In this document: in pieces, positions 37,398 to 47,596 of the stretch
Numbering within the stretch: position 1 is the stretch's first letter
Layout of the letters: each line of letters starts with the position of its first letter
Assembly: GCA_964523905.1 (NCBI GenBank)
Contig: CAZFYQ010000001.1
Location: forward strand, 40,718 to 104,717
Origin: an uncultured Gammaproteobacteria bacterium
Lineage (GTDB): Bacteria; Patescibacteriota; Microgenomatia; Daviesbacterales; UBA10151
Length of the DNA: 64,000 nt
Direction of reading: 5' to 3'
Translations under genes and position numbers: made by a program
Notes under the pieces: generated by a model
What the model was told of the DNA's origin: nothing
Seen by the model: only the letters and a program-made list of their open reading frames with translations
Databases searched by the model: none

Positions 37398-39183
37398 TTC
37401 TACTAGCGCGAAGAGCATTGATAATCACTGCTACATCAATGCCTTCCTGTAGGATGGCGCCATAAATTGGGGGGATTAGGCCAAAGGAGGCAAAGACCAT
37501 GGCGATCACACTGACCCCAATTCCAGCTAAGATACTTTGAATAGCAATGCCCACAGTTTGTTTGGAAATATTGATGATGTCAGAAACTAACTGAAAATTT
37601 CCTCCCAGGAAAACGATATCCGCTGCTTCTGAGGCGGCTGTTTGTTCTTCATGAGAAAAAACTAGTCCGGCATCTGCCAAAGCCAAAGCTGGAGCATCAT
37701 TTATACCATCTCCAATCATGGCAATGGCCTTGTTTTCCTGTTGCAGTTTACGGATGCCAATTTGTTTATCCTGTGGAGTGCAATTAGCCTGTAAACAAAT
37801 TCGGGAGTCCAGCTGTTCAATGACCTTTTCCGCTGCTCCCAGCTTATCTCCCGTATAGATGAAGATTTCATAACCCTGCGAAAGCAAGTTTTTTATTACC
37901 GCCTGAGAGTCTTCCTTAATTTGATCTTCAAAGTAAAAATTGGCCAGTTGTTTTTGGTCTTTAAACAAAGCAATGGCCATACCAGTATCCAGTGGCAATT
38001 TACTAAGATGATAAACTGTGCCGGAAACTTTACCACTAATTCCTTTGCCCACCTCTTCTTTAATATCCTCAGCCGGCAGCTTCGGGGTTTTGTTTTGCGT
38101 AGCAAAGTCCACTACTGCCTTGGCCAAAGGATGCAAAGAATTTCTTTCAATGGCCTGGGCAATTTCCAGAACTTTTTTCTGAGAATAGTTTTTATCCAAG
38201 ATTTCCAGTTTGGTAACTATTGGTAGACCCAGGGTTATGGTGCCGGTTTTATCAAAAATAATTGCTTTGACTTTAGATAAGGCCTCCAAGGAAGAGAGTC
38301 TTTTGACAATGATACTTTTTTTAGCAGAGGCATTGACGCCACCTAAAAGGGCTATCGGGGTAGCCAAAATTAACGGGCAAGGGGTGGCTACCACCAAAAC
38401 TGCCAATACTGTCACAATATTATGACTATAAAACCAGGCAAACGTAGCAATAAAAATAGTCAGAATGGTAAAAATCGTGCTGTAGCGATTGGCCAAGCGG
38501 ATTAAAGGAGCTTTTTCCTGCTGGGCCTGTTTGACCATTTCAATAATTTTATGATAAGTGGAGTTTAGTTCTGTTTTTGTAACCTCCAACACCATCGGGT
38601 CACCAACATTAACTGTTCCAGATCGTAAAAGATCGCCTTTAATTTTTTCCGAAGTATAAGGTTCTCCGGTTAAAGAGGATTCATCAGCTAAACCAGTGCG
38701 GGATTTTAAAATTCCATCCAAAGGAATCACTTCACCTCTTCGGATCACAATTTCCTGGCCGATTTTGATGTTTTCAATGTGAGCTTTTTCTGCGGGCTGA
38801 TTATTTTGCCAAAGGGTGACAAGACTGGGAATGCGGTCTGCTAATTTGGTTAAATTACTTTTAGCCGAGTTGATACCGTATTCTTCTAAGGTCCTTCCGG
38901 AAGACAGCATTAAGGCAATAATTGAGGCTACTAAGTAATCTCCGGTAATAAAAGCCACTGAAATTGCTAACATTGCTACATAATCCAAGGCAAATTGTTT
39001 TCTTTGAATTTCCTGGTAACTATCTACTACCAGCTGGTAAGAGCCAAGCAAAATAGTAACAATGATTAAAGGCAGGGATAAGGAATTTAGCTTAAAGATG
39101 TTTAAAATCAAATAAACAATGATTCCGGAAAGCACTAGCAGAGGAATTTTAAAAGCTTTAATAAGGGAAAAAGAAATGAGCAT
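37390..39183 (-). CDS. Heavy-metal P1B-type ATPase, P1B-5-like
   Basis: TPCPL, DKTGT, HP, GDGIND, QSILAGIGVSVIAM, QEGIDVAVIIN. Confidence 0.9.
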   Translation of the reverse strand: MLISFSLIKAFKIPLLVLSGIIVYLILNIFKLNSLSLPLIIVTILLGSYQLVVDSYQEIQRKQFALDYVAMLAISVAFITGDYLVASIIALMLSSGRTLEEYGINSAKSNLTKLADRIPSLVTLWQNNQPAEKAHIENIKIGQEIVIRRGEVIPLDGILKSRTGLADESSLTGEPYTSEKIKGDLLRSGTVNVGDPMVLEVTKTELNSTYHKIIEMVKQAQQEKAPLIRLANRYSTIFTILTIFIATFAWFYSHNIVTVLAVLVVATPCPLILATPIALLGGVNASAKKSIIVKRLSSLEALSKVKAIIFDKTGTITLGLPIVTKLEILDKNYSQKKVLEIAQAIERNSLHPLAKAVVDFATQNKTPKLPAEDIKEEVGKGISGKVSGTVYHLSKLPLDTGMAIALFKDQKQLANFYFEDQIKEDSQAVIKNLLSQGYEIFIYTGDKLGAAEKVIEQLDSRICLQANCTPQDKQIGIRKLQQENKAIAMIGDGINDAPALALADAGLVFSHEEQTAASEAADIVFLGGNFQLVSDIINISKQTVGIAIQSILAGIGVSVIAMVFASFGLIPPIYGAILQEGIDVAVIINALRASRIN

Positions 39184-39238
39184 AGGTAAATTGTAACTTT
39201 TAATTGAGTTTTAGACAATCTATGCTTAATATATAAGT

Positions 39239-41173
39239 ATGCCCAAAAAGCTGACTGATTATATTAAAAGCTTTTTATTGATGCTGGGTTTGGCAGCAGC
39301 TTATTATTTTTCTGCCAAGCTGGGTTTGAAATTCGCATTTGTTAATGCCTCGACAACGGCGCTTTGGCCGCCCACCGGAATTACTTTGGCGGCTTTTTTA
39401 ATTTTTGGTTTTAGAATATGGCCGGCTATCTTTTTGGGAGCTTTTTTAGCTAATTTAACCACTGCCGGAACTATTGTTACATCTTTAGGAATTGCGGTCG
39501 GTAATACTTTGGAAGGAGTGGTGGGAGCTTATTTGGTAAATAAATATGCCAATGGCAGATATGCCTTTGATGAAATGCTGGATATTTTTAAATTTACCCT
39601 GCTGGCAGCTTTTTTAAGTACTGCAGTAAGCGCCATTATTGGTGTAGCCACTTTGGCTTTGGGTGGATTTGTCAACTGGAATGAATTCGGTTCGGTCTGG
39701 TTAACCTGGTGGTTAGGGGATATGGGTGGAGATTTGGTAATTGCCCCTTTGATTTTGGTGTGGTGGAATAATCCGCGAGTAAGTTGGGATTATTTAAAAC
39801 TGCTCAATCTGGGGCTGTCTTTTTTAACTTTTTTTGCCATTATCGGTATTGTTTTTAGCGGTATCCTGCCCTATGCCTATTTATGTTTGCCAATTGCCGT
39901 GTGGGTGGCTTTTTGGTTTGGTCAAAAAGGGGCCACTGTCTCCACTATTTTAGTGGCGGTCGTTGCAATACTGTTTACTCTGGCACACCTTGGGCCTTTT
40001 GCCAATGCTCCTGATCTTAACCATTCTTTGATTTTAGTGCAGCTTTTTTTGGGAATTTTTTCTTTAACCGGGGTGATTTTTGCCGGCGCGATCTTAAAAA
40101 TTAAAAAAGGTGAAAGTGCCTTAAGTTCTCACGAAGAAAGGTTTAAGGCCTTAATTGAAAATAGTTTTGATGCTGTGGTATTAATTGATCCGGCAGCGAA
40201 AATTTTATATGCCAGCCCTTCAGTTAAACGAATTCTTGGTTACAGTCCGGAAGAAATTGAAGGTACCAATGGGTTTGAATTAGTATTTCCCGAGGACCGT
40301 GGAAGTACCATGAAAGAGTTGGCCAAGTTGCTCCTTAAGCCAGGTGGTAGTATTAGTATCGAGTATCGGACTATTCGTAAAGATCAGCAGGTAATTTGGG
40401 TAGAGGTGACCGGCACTAATCTGTTGCTGGAGCCTAATGTTGGAGCAGTGGTAGTTAATTTCCGTGATGTGACCAAGGAAAAACAAATTGACCAAGCTAA
40501 AACCGAATTTGTCTCTTTGGCTTCTCATCAGCTAAGAACACCTTTGACTACTGTTAAATGGTATGCCGAAATGCTTTTGGGGAACCAAATCGGTTCATTA
40601 ACGCCTAAACAAAAAGAGTATTTAAATGAAGTATACGGTAGTAACCAGAGGATGATTAATCTGGTCAATGATTTGCTGGATGTGTCCCGAATTGATATGG
40701 GAACTTTTTTTGCTGAGTCGGAGCAGATTGATTTAAAAGAGCTGGTGGAAAATATTTTAAAAGACTACAAACCGCAAATTAGCAGTAAAAAATTAGAGAT
40801 TAATAAAACTTTTGATGGGTCGAGTAAGATTAAAATTGATTCGCGAATGTGTCGGATCATTCTACAAAATCTACTATCTAATGCCATTAAATATACCCTT
40901 GCAGGAGGAAAAATAGATTTAAAGCTGAATACCAGCAGTAATAATTTATCTATTAAGATAACTGATAACGGTATGGGTATTCCAGCAGATGCCCAAGGTA
41001 AAATCTTTACAAAATTTTTTAGGGCTGCTAATGTTAAAGAAGTTGATACTAGAGGGACTGGCTTAGGACTTTATCTGGTCAAGTCACTAGTGGAAAAGGC
41101 AGGAGGAAAATTGGAATTTAGGTCAAAGGAAAACCAGGGTACTACTTTTGAGATCACTGTGCCTTTGAAATAA
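39239..41173 (+). CDS. MASE1-PAS histidine kinase
   Basis: LWPPTG and WWLGD (MASE1), PAS, ASHQLRTP, NAIKY, GTGLGL. Confidence 0.92.
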   Translation: MPKKLTDYIKSFLLMLGLAAAYYFSAKLGLKFAFVNASTTALWPPTGITLAAFLIFGFRIWPAIFLGAFLANLTTAGTIVTSLGIAVGNTLEGVVGAYLVNKYANGRYAFDEMLDIFKFTLLAAFLSTAVSAIIGVATLALGGFVNWNEFGSVWLTWWLGDMGGDLVIAPLILVWWNNPRVSWDYLKLLNLGLSFLTFFAIIGIVFSGILPYAYLCLPIAVWVAFWFGQKGATVSTILVAVVAILFTLAHLGPFANAPDLNHSLILVQLFLGIFSLTGVIFAGAILKIKKGESALSSHEERFKALIENSFDAVVLIDPAAKILYASPSVKRILGYSPEEIEGTNGFELVFPEDRGSTMKELAKLLLKPGGSISIEYRTIRKDQQVIWVEVTGTNLLLEPNVGAVVVNFRDVTKEKQIDQAKTEFVSLASHQLRTPLTTVKWYAEMLLGNQIGSLTPKQKEYLNEVYGSNQRMINLVNDLLDVSRIDMGTFFAESEQIDLKELVENILKDYKPQISSKKLEINKTFDGSSKIKIDSRMCRIILQNLLSNAIKYTLAGGKIDLKLNTSSNNLSIKITDNGMGIPADAQGKIFTKFFRAANVKEVDTRGTGLGLYLVKSLVEKAGGKLEFRSKENQGTTFEITVPLK

Positions 41174-41174
41174 T

Positions 41175-41540
41175 ATGAAGAAAATATTAATCGTTGAAGA
41201 TGAACTGCCTTTATTAAGTGTTTTAACAGACCGCTTTACCCAAGCCGAATTTTTGGTTTTACAAGCTAAAGACGGGGCAGAAGGATATAAACAAGCCATG
41301 GAGGCTCAGCCAGACCTCATCTTGCTGGATATATTGTTGCCTTTAATTGATGGTTTAGATGTACTAGAAAAAATTAGAAAAAATCCCAGCACTAAAGATA
41401 TCCCGGTGATTATACTGACTAATATTAATGATCCTGCCACAGTTAATGCGGCCTTGAAAGCTGGGGTGTACGATTTTTTTGTTAAAAGTGATTCTAAGTT
41501 GGATGATTTAGTTAAAAAAGTTAAAGAAAAACTGGGATAA
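41175..41540 (+). CDS. Single-domain response regulator
   Basis: ILIVEDE, LILLDILLP, IILTN. Confidence 0.9.
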   Translation: MKKILIVEDELPLLSVLTDRFTQAEFLVLQAKDGAEGYKQAMEAQPDLILLDILLPLIDGLDVLEKIRKNPSTKDIPVIILTNINDPATVNAALKAGVYDFFVKSDSKLDDLVKKVKEKLG

Positions 41541-41546
41541 ACTTTT

Positions 41547-41927
41547 ATGGATCTGCCAAAAAAGACTGTCTTAATAGTAGAGGATGAGGAAGCCTTACTG
41601 CGGGTTTTAACTGATGGGTTAGAAGCTGCCGGGCTAAATATTTTAACAGCTAAAGATGGTCAGCAAGGACTTAGCGTTGCCTCAGAAGAATCTGTAGATT
41701 TAATTTTACTGGATATTGTAATGCCAAATATGGATGGTATGGAAATGTTAAGAAGATTAAAAAATACAGAAGCGACTAAAAAAATTCCGGTGATATTACT
41801 AACTAATATTGGTGATACTGATAAAATTCTCGAGGCCAAGGAGTTGGAGGCAGAGGATTATTTAATCAAATCCAATTTTAAAATTGATGAGGTCATAAAA
41901 CTTATCAAAGAAAAGCTGGGCTTTTGA
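41547..41927 (+). CDS. Single-domain response regulator
   Basis: LIVEDE, LILLDIVMP, ILLTN. Confidence 0.9.
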   Translation: MDLPKKTVLIVEDEEALLRVLTDGLEAAGLNILTAKDGQQGLSVASEESVDLILLDIVMPNMDGMEMLRRLKNTEATKKIPVILLTNIGDTDKILEAKELEAEDYLIKSNFKIDEVIKLIKEKLGF

Positions 41928-41967
41928 TAAGTAGTATGTATAATTAATAAGGAGGTGATTTTTTAAA

Positions 41968-42132
41968 ATGATGGGTTATCAATATTGGGGAGGACAGGGT
42001 GCTCCTGTGATGATGAATTCCGGTATGGGTGGATTTGGCGGAGCCTCTGGCTTAGGTACTATAATTGCCTTTGTGGTGTTAATTGATTTGGTGCTGCTGG
42101 CAATTTGGCTGGGACAACAAATTAAAAAATAG
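41968..42132 (+). CDS. 54-aa Met/Gly-rich single-TM protein (absent from ORF track)
   Basis: SD AAGGAGGTG; MMGYQYWGGQGAPVMMNSGMGG...LVLLAIWLGQQIKK. Confidence 0.75.
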   Translation: MMGYQYWGGQGAPVMMNSGMGGFGGASGLGTIIAFVVLIDLVLLAIWLGQQIKK

Positions 42133-42137
42133 TGATA

Positions 42138-44219
42138 ATGCATAGTCACGGTAATCACAAAATGTCCTGGTGGGATAAATTTAAGATGAGTATGACCATG
42201 ACTATGGGTATGGATCATACGGGTTTGGCCGGACGTGAGATGGCCAGACTAATGGAAGAAGATATCCGTAATAAGTTTTTCTTTTCTTTAATTTTAACTC
42301 TGCCGATTTTAGCCTATACCATGGGGGAGGCGATTTTTGGCTGGATGTTGCCCAGCCCAATTCCTAAACCCTGGTTGCTGTTTTTATTAACCACTCCGGT
42401 ATTTTTTTACGGCGGCTGGTTGTTTTTATACTCCGCCTTCTTTGAATTAAAAACCAGAAATTTAGGCATGTCGGTTTTGATTGCTGTGGGAATTTCTGCG
42501 GCCTATTTATTTAGTTTAGCGTTAACTTTTTTGGGCAGCCAGGAATCTTTTTATGAAGCCTCGGCGATGTTAATTACCTTTGTATTATTTGGCCATTGGA
42601 TGGAGATGAAATCTCGTCGGGGAACTACTGATGCTTTGCAGGCTTTGTTTAATCTGGTGCCGCCTCAGGCTAGAGTAATCCGCAGTGGTAATGAACAAAT
42701 TATTCCCACGGCAGATGTAAAAGTCGGGGATTTATTACTATTAAAACCCGGAGATAAAGTGCCGGTTGATGGGGAAATTATTAATGGTGAAACTGCCATT
42801 GACGAGTCGCTGGTAACCGGAGAATCAATTCCAGTGGTTAAAAAAATCGGTGATGCGGTGACTGGTGGATCAATTAATATCTCCGGCTCAGTAGAATTTA
42901 AAGCTACCAAAGTGGGCAAAGATACTGCACTGGCCCAAATTGTTAAAATGGTAGAAACTGCTCAGAACTCTAAGGCGCCTGGCCAAAAACTAGCAGATCG
43001 GTTTGCTAAATACCTGGTGATAGTGGCTGTAGGCGGAGGCTTGGTGACTTTTACGGTCTGGTTTTTTGTGCTGGGACAGCCTTTACTGTTTGCCTTAACC
43101 TTTGCCATTTCCGCCGTAGTAATTGCCTGTCCGGATGCTTTGGGTCTGGCCACTCCCACAGCAGTGGCAGTCGGAACCGGATTGGGAGCCAAGCATAATA
43201 TTTTAATAAAAGACGCTCCAACCTTAGAACAGGTTTCCAAAATTCAGGTGGTGGTATTTGATAAAACCGGTACTTTAACCGAGGGTAAGCCAATAGTGAC
43301 AGATATTGTGGCAGCAGCTGGTTATTCGGTAAACGAGGTCCTAAGACTGGTAGCAACTGTGGAGGCTAAATCATCGCATCCCTTAGCCGGTGCAGTGTTG
43401 GAAGAGCTGAAACGAAAAAGGCTGGTGATGGAAACTGGCCTGGAGCTGTTTGAGAATTTATCCGGGCTAGGAGTAAAAGCTGTGATTAATAAGCAAACAG
43501 TGCTAGTTGGTACCATGAAGTTAATGCAGCAAAATAAAATTGGGATTACTAATGCTTTGCAAACTAACATTAATAAATTTTTGGCAAATGGGGATACCAT
43601 CATGATTCTAGCAGTAGATGGAGCAGCTATGGGAGTGATTGGGGCTGCTGATCCAATTAAACCAACAGCGGCAAAAGCAATGGAAAGGTTGAAACAACTG
43701 GAGATAGAAGTGGCGATGATTACCGGTGATAATCAGTCAACCGCAGAGAGTGTAGCAAAAAAACTTGGCATTCAAAGAGTATTTGCTGAAGTAATGCCAG
43801 GAGAAAAATCGCAGTATATAAAAAAGCTACAACAAGAAGGGCAGTTTGTGGCGATGGTGGGAGATGGGGTAAATGATGCTCCGGCTTTGGCTCAGGCAGA
43901 TATTGGTATTGCAATTGGGGCGGGTACTGATGTGGCCATTGAAACAGCGAAAGTAGTGCTAATGAAATCTGATCCGGCTGATGTTTTACGGGCAATTAAA
44001 CTTTCCAAAGCAACTGTGTTAAAGATGAAACAGAATTTATTTTGGGCCTCGATTTATAATTTACTGGCGATTCCGGTGGCGGCCGGTGTATTGTATCCAA
44101 ATTTTGGTATTTTCCTGCGGCCGGAAATCTCAGCACTTTTGATGAGCTTATCCTCCATTATAGTGGCGGTAAATGCAGTGTCCCTGAAGCTAACTGAAAA
44201 GGATTTAGCCAAAATTTAA
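42138..44219 (+). CDS. copA: Copper-translocating P1B-type ATPase
   Basis: His/Met-rich N-terminus, IACPDALGLA, DKTGT, HP, GDGVND, YN, MSLSS. Confidence 0.88.
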   Translation: MHSHGNHKMSWWDKFKMSMTMTMGMDHTGLAGREMARLMEEDIRNKFFFSLILTLPILAYTMGEAIFGWMLPSPIPKPWLLFLLTTPVFFYGGWLFLYSAFFELKTRNLGMSVLIAVGISAAYLFSLALTFLGSQESFYEASAMLITFVLFGHWMEMKSRRGTTDALQALFNLVPPQARVIRSGNEQIIPTADVKVGDLLLLKPGDKVPVDGEIINGETAIDESLVTGESIPVVKKIGDAVTGGSINISGSVEFKATKVGKDTALAQIVKMVETAQNSKAPGQKLADRFAKYLVIVAVGGGLVTFTVWFFVLGQPLLFALTFAISAVVIACPDALGLATPTAVAVGTGLGAKHNILIKDAPTLEQVSKIQVVVFDKTGTLTEGKPIVTDIVAAAGYSVNEVLRLVATVEAKSSHPLAGAVLEELKRKRLVMETGLELFENLSGLGVKAVINKQTVLVGTMKLMQQNKIGITNALQTNINKFLANGDTIMILAVDGAAMGVIGAADPIKPTAAKAMERLKQLEIEVAMITGDNQSTAESVAKKLGIQRVFAEVMPGEKSQYIKKLQQEGQFVAMVGDGVNDAPALAQADIGIAIGAGTDVAIETAKVVLMKSDPADVLRAIKLSKATVLKMKQNLFWASIYNLLAIPVAAGVLYPNFGIFLRPEISALLMSLSSIIVAVNAVSLKLTEKDLAKI

Positions 44220-44260
44220 CTCCTTGACAGCAACCATTAATATTTGTAATACTAAAAACA

Positions 44261-44818
44261 ATGTCAAATTTAACTGATGATTTAAAAAATGCCTTGTCCT
44301 CTGTAGTTTCCGGAACCGGTGATGTGGTGGCAGTTACCAGAGATGTAGTTAAAGATAATGTGGTTAATACTCTTAAAGCCGGTGGAGAAGTTGCTAACTC
44401 ATCTGTGGATATTATCGGCAGTGTTGTTTCAGAGGGAGTATCAGTGGCATCTGGTGCCGGAGTGTCTGCAACACAGGCAGTGACAGGCCTAGTAACAGGA
44501 GCAATTGAAGGAGTAAAAGAAGTGGGTGGAGATGTTGGCAAAACTGCTGAAGAGGCAGCGCGTAGTGCAGTTAAAGGGGCTGGAGAAGTTGGTACTGATG
44601 TAGGAGAGGCTGCAGTTTCAGCTGTAGAAGGAGCTATTCATGCTGCCGAGACTATTGGAGGAGATTCTGGTCAGTTAGCTAAAAATGCTGTTATGGGAAC
44701 GCTTAAGGCGGCTGATGAAATTGGATCAGAAGCCGGGTCCCTGGTTAGAAAAGCCTTACTTAATGCAGTATCTTTGCCTCATGATATTATTGATACCCTT
44801 TTAACCGGCAATAGTTAA
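44261..44818 (+). CDS. Ala/Gly/Val-rich helical repeat protein
   Basis: Repeating GAIEGVKEVGGD/GAGEVGTD/AAETIGGD units. Confidence 0.7.
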   Translation: MSNLTDDLKNALSSVVSGTGDVVAVTRDVVKDNVVNTLKAGGEVANSSVDIIGSVVSEGVSVASGAGVSATQAVTGLVTGAIEGVKEVGGDVGKTAEEAARSAVKGAGEVGTDVGEAAVSAVEGAIHAAETIGGDSGQLAKNAVMGTLKAADEIGSEAGSLVRKALLNAVSLPHDIIDTLLTGNS

Positions 44819-45216
44819 GGTTGGAGGATGCCGACAATGTTGCCTTCAGTGTCTTTAAAGGAAATATATTTACCAACATTTGGAATATCCATAATTTCGC
44901 CTTTAACTTCACCGCCAGCGGCTTTGACATCTTCAATACTTTTATTTAAATCTTCAACAGAAATTACTAAGTGAGGAGCGTTATATCCTTCTTCATCTTT
45001 GTATTCAAAAAATCCGCCATTAATGTTTCCGGGAGTTTTAACCATGCCCTCAGTATCAGTTTCTGTGGTTTGGGCCATTAAATAATCACCCATTTCCGGT
45101 CCCATTTGTTTCATACCCCAACCAAATACTTTGGAATAGAAATCGCTGGCGCGCTTTCTGTCTTTGGCAGGCATTTCAAAATGAACAACCGGATTTTGCA
45201 TTAATCTTTTATACAA
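44815..45216 (-). CDS. VOC/glyoxalase family protein
   Basis: VVHFEMPA, FYSKVFGW, FKDTEGN. Confidence 0.9.
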   Translation of the reverse strand: MYKRLMQNPVVHFEMPAKDRKRASDFYSKVFGWGMKQMGPEMGDYLMAQTTETDTEGMVKTPGNINGGFFEYKDEEGYNAPHLVISVEDLNKSIEDVKAAGGEVKGEIMDIPNVGKYISFKDTEGNIVGILQP

Positions 45217-45219
45217 TAG

Positions 45220-46251
45220 TTATGAATATTTTTCAAGTAGGGTTAAGACTTTGACTTCACTTTGGGAAAGTAATGGGATGGTTCTGGTAACTCTTTGAAA
45301 ATGGGGGATCAGCAGGTTTTTGGAATAGGTGCTGATAATCGTTGGATGAATATAATATTTCTGGGCAACTGAAGGAGTATTGCGCAAATGTTTGGCCACT
45401 TCTTTGATAGTTTGTTTAATATACTGTTTTTCTTTTTCTGCCTCGGCTTTGCCTAAGGAATTTAAGTTGGAAGCTGCTAAAACTGTGGCGCCCCAGGTGC
45501 GAAATTCCTTGGCAGTGATTTCTTCACCGGAAAGCTCTTGCAAAAATGCATTAACATCCCCGGAATCAATAGTTTCTCTTTGGCCATCCGCATCAATACA
45601 TTTAAATAATTCATAACCCGGTAGTTCAATGCATTGTTTAATGGTTTTGGCCACACTGGGATGGGAAATAGATACCAAATGATTAACTCCGGATTTACCA
45701 ACAAATTCAAATTTAATCTGGCTGCCACGGACACTAACATGACGGTTACGGAGAGTGGTCAGGCCAAAAGACTGATTATCTTTGGCATATTCATCGTTGC
45801 CGATTCTAATAAAAGTATGTTCCAACAGCCAAACAATGGTGGAAAGCACTTTTTCCTTGGATAATTTGGCTTTTTTAAGATTCGACAAATTATTTTGACG
45901 GATTTTGGGCAGCAGTTTGCCAAAATCAACCAGTTTACTAAATTTATCTTCATTACATAAAGCCAACCAGTCAGGATGATATAAATATTGTTTGCGTCCT
46001 TTGTCATCTATTCCAGTGGCCTGCAAATGGGAATTTTCCAAAGGTGAAATCCAAACCTCTTTCCAGGCCGGGGGAATAACCAAAGCTTTAATTCTTTCCA
46101 AGACATTTTGGTTTGCCACCACATGTCCACTATGATCAAGATATTTAAATTCTCTTCCGTGTTTAACCCGTTTAATCCCCGGGCCAGCATCAGAAATATA
46201 GCGCAGGTGAATTTTTTTAGCCTGTTTAATTAAATCTTCATCAGCCAGCAT
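45220..46251 (-). CDS. DNA topoisomerase IB (bacterial/poxvirus type)
   Basis: IPPAW, GRKQYLYH, catalytic pentad in IRIG, GKSG, KEFRTW, LRNT, YYIHP. Confidence 0.93.
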   Translation of the reverse strand: MLADEDLIKQAKKIHLRYISDAGPGIKRVKHGREFKYLDHSGHVVANQNVLERIKALVIPPAWKEVWISPLENSHLQATGIDDKGRKQYLYHPDWLALCNEDKFSKLVDFGKLLPKIRQNNLSNLKKAKLSKEKVLSTIVWLLEHTFIRIGNDEYAKDNQSFGLTTLRNRHVSVRGSQIKFEFVGKSGVNHLVSISHPSVAKTIKQCIELPGYELFKCIDADGQRETIDSGDVNAFLQELSGEEITAKEFRTWGATVLAASNLNSLGKAEAEKEKQYIKQTIKEVAKHLRNTPSVAQKYYIHPTIISTYSKNLLIPHFQRVTRTIPLLSQSEVKVLTLLEKYS

Positions 46252-46311
46252 AATATAACAATAGCATATTAACTTATCTTCTATTTTTCCAAAAAAAGAC
46301 TAAACTTAAAT

Positions 46312-46355
46312 AGTGATCAGGATCATTGAGTAACGTTAGTAAAGATGCTAATAAT
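46312..46355 (+). promoter_or_regulatory. Crp-like box AGTGA-N6-TCATT centred 41.5 nt before ATG 46361
   Basis: Box at 46312-46327; TGcTAATAA -10 region. Confidence 0.45.
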
Positions 46356-46360
46356 TAGCT

Positions 46361-46876
46361 ATGAAAATATTAGTGGTTTACCAAAGCAAATATGGTAGCA
46401 CCAGACAGTATGCCGAGTGGATTGCCCAAAAACTAAAAGCAGACCTGGTTCATTTAAATGATCTTGACCCTAAAACTTTGCCAAATTATGAAACAGTTAT
46501 TTTTGGTACTTATTTGCATATTGGAAAACTGGTCGATGCCATATTTTTAATTCAAAACTGGGAGGTTTTAAAACATAAACAGCTGATTTTATTTACTGTT
46601 TCCGGAGCTAAACCAGGTCTTAGTGAATTAACTAAGTATTATGAAAATAGTGTGCCAGGTTACATTAGGGAAAAGATTAAGTATTTCCAGTTTTGGGGAA
46701 GAGTCAAAAATTTGGACTTCACAGATTCCCTGTTAATCCAGTTTCCTAAATTGGCATTTAAAATTGGGGCTATGAAAGGTAAAAAAGAGGATTTGGAAAG
46801 ATTAAAAACATTCGATGTTGATCATGTCAGTCAGGATTTTATAACCCCGCTGATTAATTTTGTTAATCCGGCCTAA
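46361..46876 (+). CDS. Flavodoxin-like protein (HemG-type domain)
   Basis: VVYQSKYGSTRQYAEWIA. Confidence 0.85.
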   Translation: MKILVVYQSKYGSTRQYAEWIAQKLKADLVHLNDLDPKTLPNYETVIFGTYLHIGKLVDAIFLIQNWEVLKHKQLILFTVSGAKPGLSELTKYYENSVPGYIREKIKYFQFWGRVKNLDFTDSLLIQFPKLAFKIGAMKGKKEDLERLKTFDVDHVSQDFITPLINFVNPA

Positions 46877-46966
46877 TTTCCTGCAATATTCTTACAAAAT
46901 ATTTACTTTTAGTTAACTAGCAATTTGTATGGTGGATGAGTATAATTTTTAAAGGAGGTGAAGTAA

Positions 46967-47449
46967 ATGTCAAATAATCAAGTTAAATTAACAGTTGAGA
47001 AGGGTAAACAGGAAACTTTTATTGAGCGGGAATTTGAGGCTCCCAGAGAGGTCTTATTTAAAGCTATGACTGATCCAGAATATGTGGCTCAGTGGTGGAA
47101 TGATACATCTATTGAAAAGCTGGAAGCTAAATCCGGTGGCAGCTGGAGGTTTGTCTCTAAAATGAATGGACAGGAATTTGGGTTTCATGGAGTCTATCAT
47201 GAGGTGCTGGTTCCGTCTCGAGTAATAGAGACTTTTGAGTATGAGGGTTTACCGGAAACCGGGCATGTTATTTTGCAAACTTCTAAATTTGAAGAGCTGC
47301 CAGGTGGTCGGTCTAAACTAACTATTCAACAGGTTTTTCAATCAGTGGCAGATCGTGATGGAATGATCCAAAGCGGCATGGAAAAGGGTATGAGTGAGTC
47401 ATACGGACGTCTGGATAATCTTTTGGAAAAGTTAGCGAAAAAGGATTAG
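46967..47449 (+). CDS. SRPBCC/AHSA1 family protein
   Basis: [34 protein letters not shown]. Confidence 0.9.
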   Translation: MSNNQVKLTVEKGKQETFIEREFEAPREVLFKAMTDPEYVAQWWNDTSIEKLEAKSGGSWRFVSKMNGQEFGFHGVYHEVLVPSRVIETFEYEGLPETGHVILQTSKFEELPGGRSKLTIQQVFQSVADRDGMIQSGMEKGMSESYGRLDNLLEKLAKKD

Positions 47450-47487
47450 ATGGTGGTACTTTTATCCTATTTCTGGGGCTCACAAGA

Positions 47488-47515
47488 TTGACAAAATTTT
47501 TTCCAGGTATATAAT
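47488..47515 (+). promoter_or_regulatory. Consensus sigma70 promoter
   Basis: TTGACA-16 nt-TATAAT. Confidence 0.65.
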
Positions 47516-47596
47516 TCTTCTAAACATGGCTGGAATTGAAGAAGGGATGATATTGGAAGAATTATTCATTCTAGGCCAGTTTAAACTTTAATACGG

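Noticed and set aside
41979-42218. His-rich 79-aa minus-strand ORF
   Set aside because: Antisense to the Met-rich peptide and the copA start; ATG codons read as CAT on the other strand
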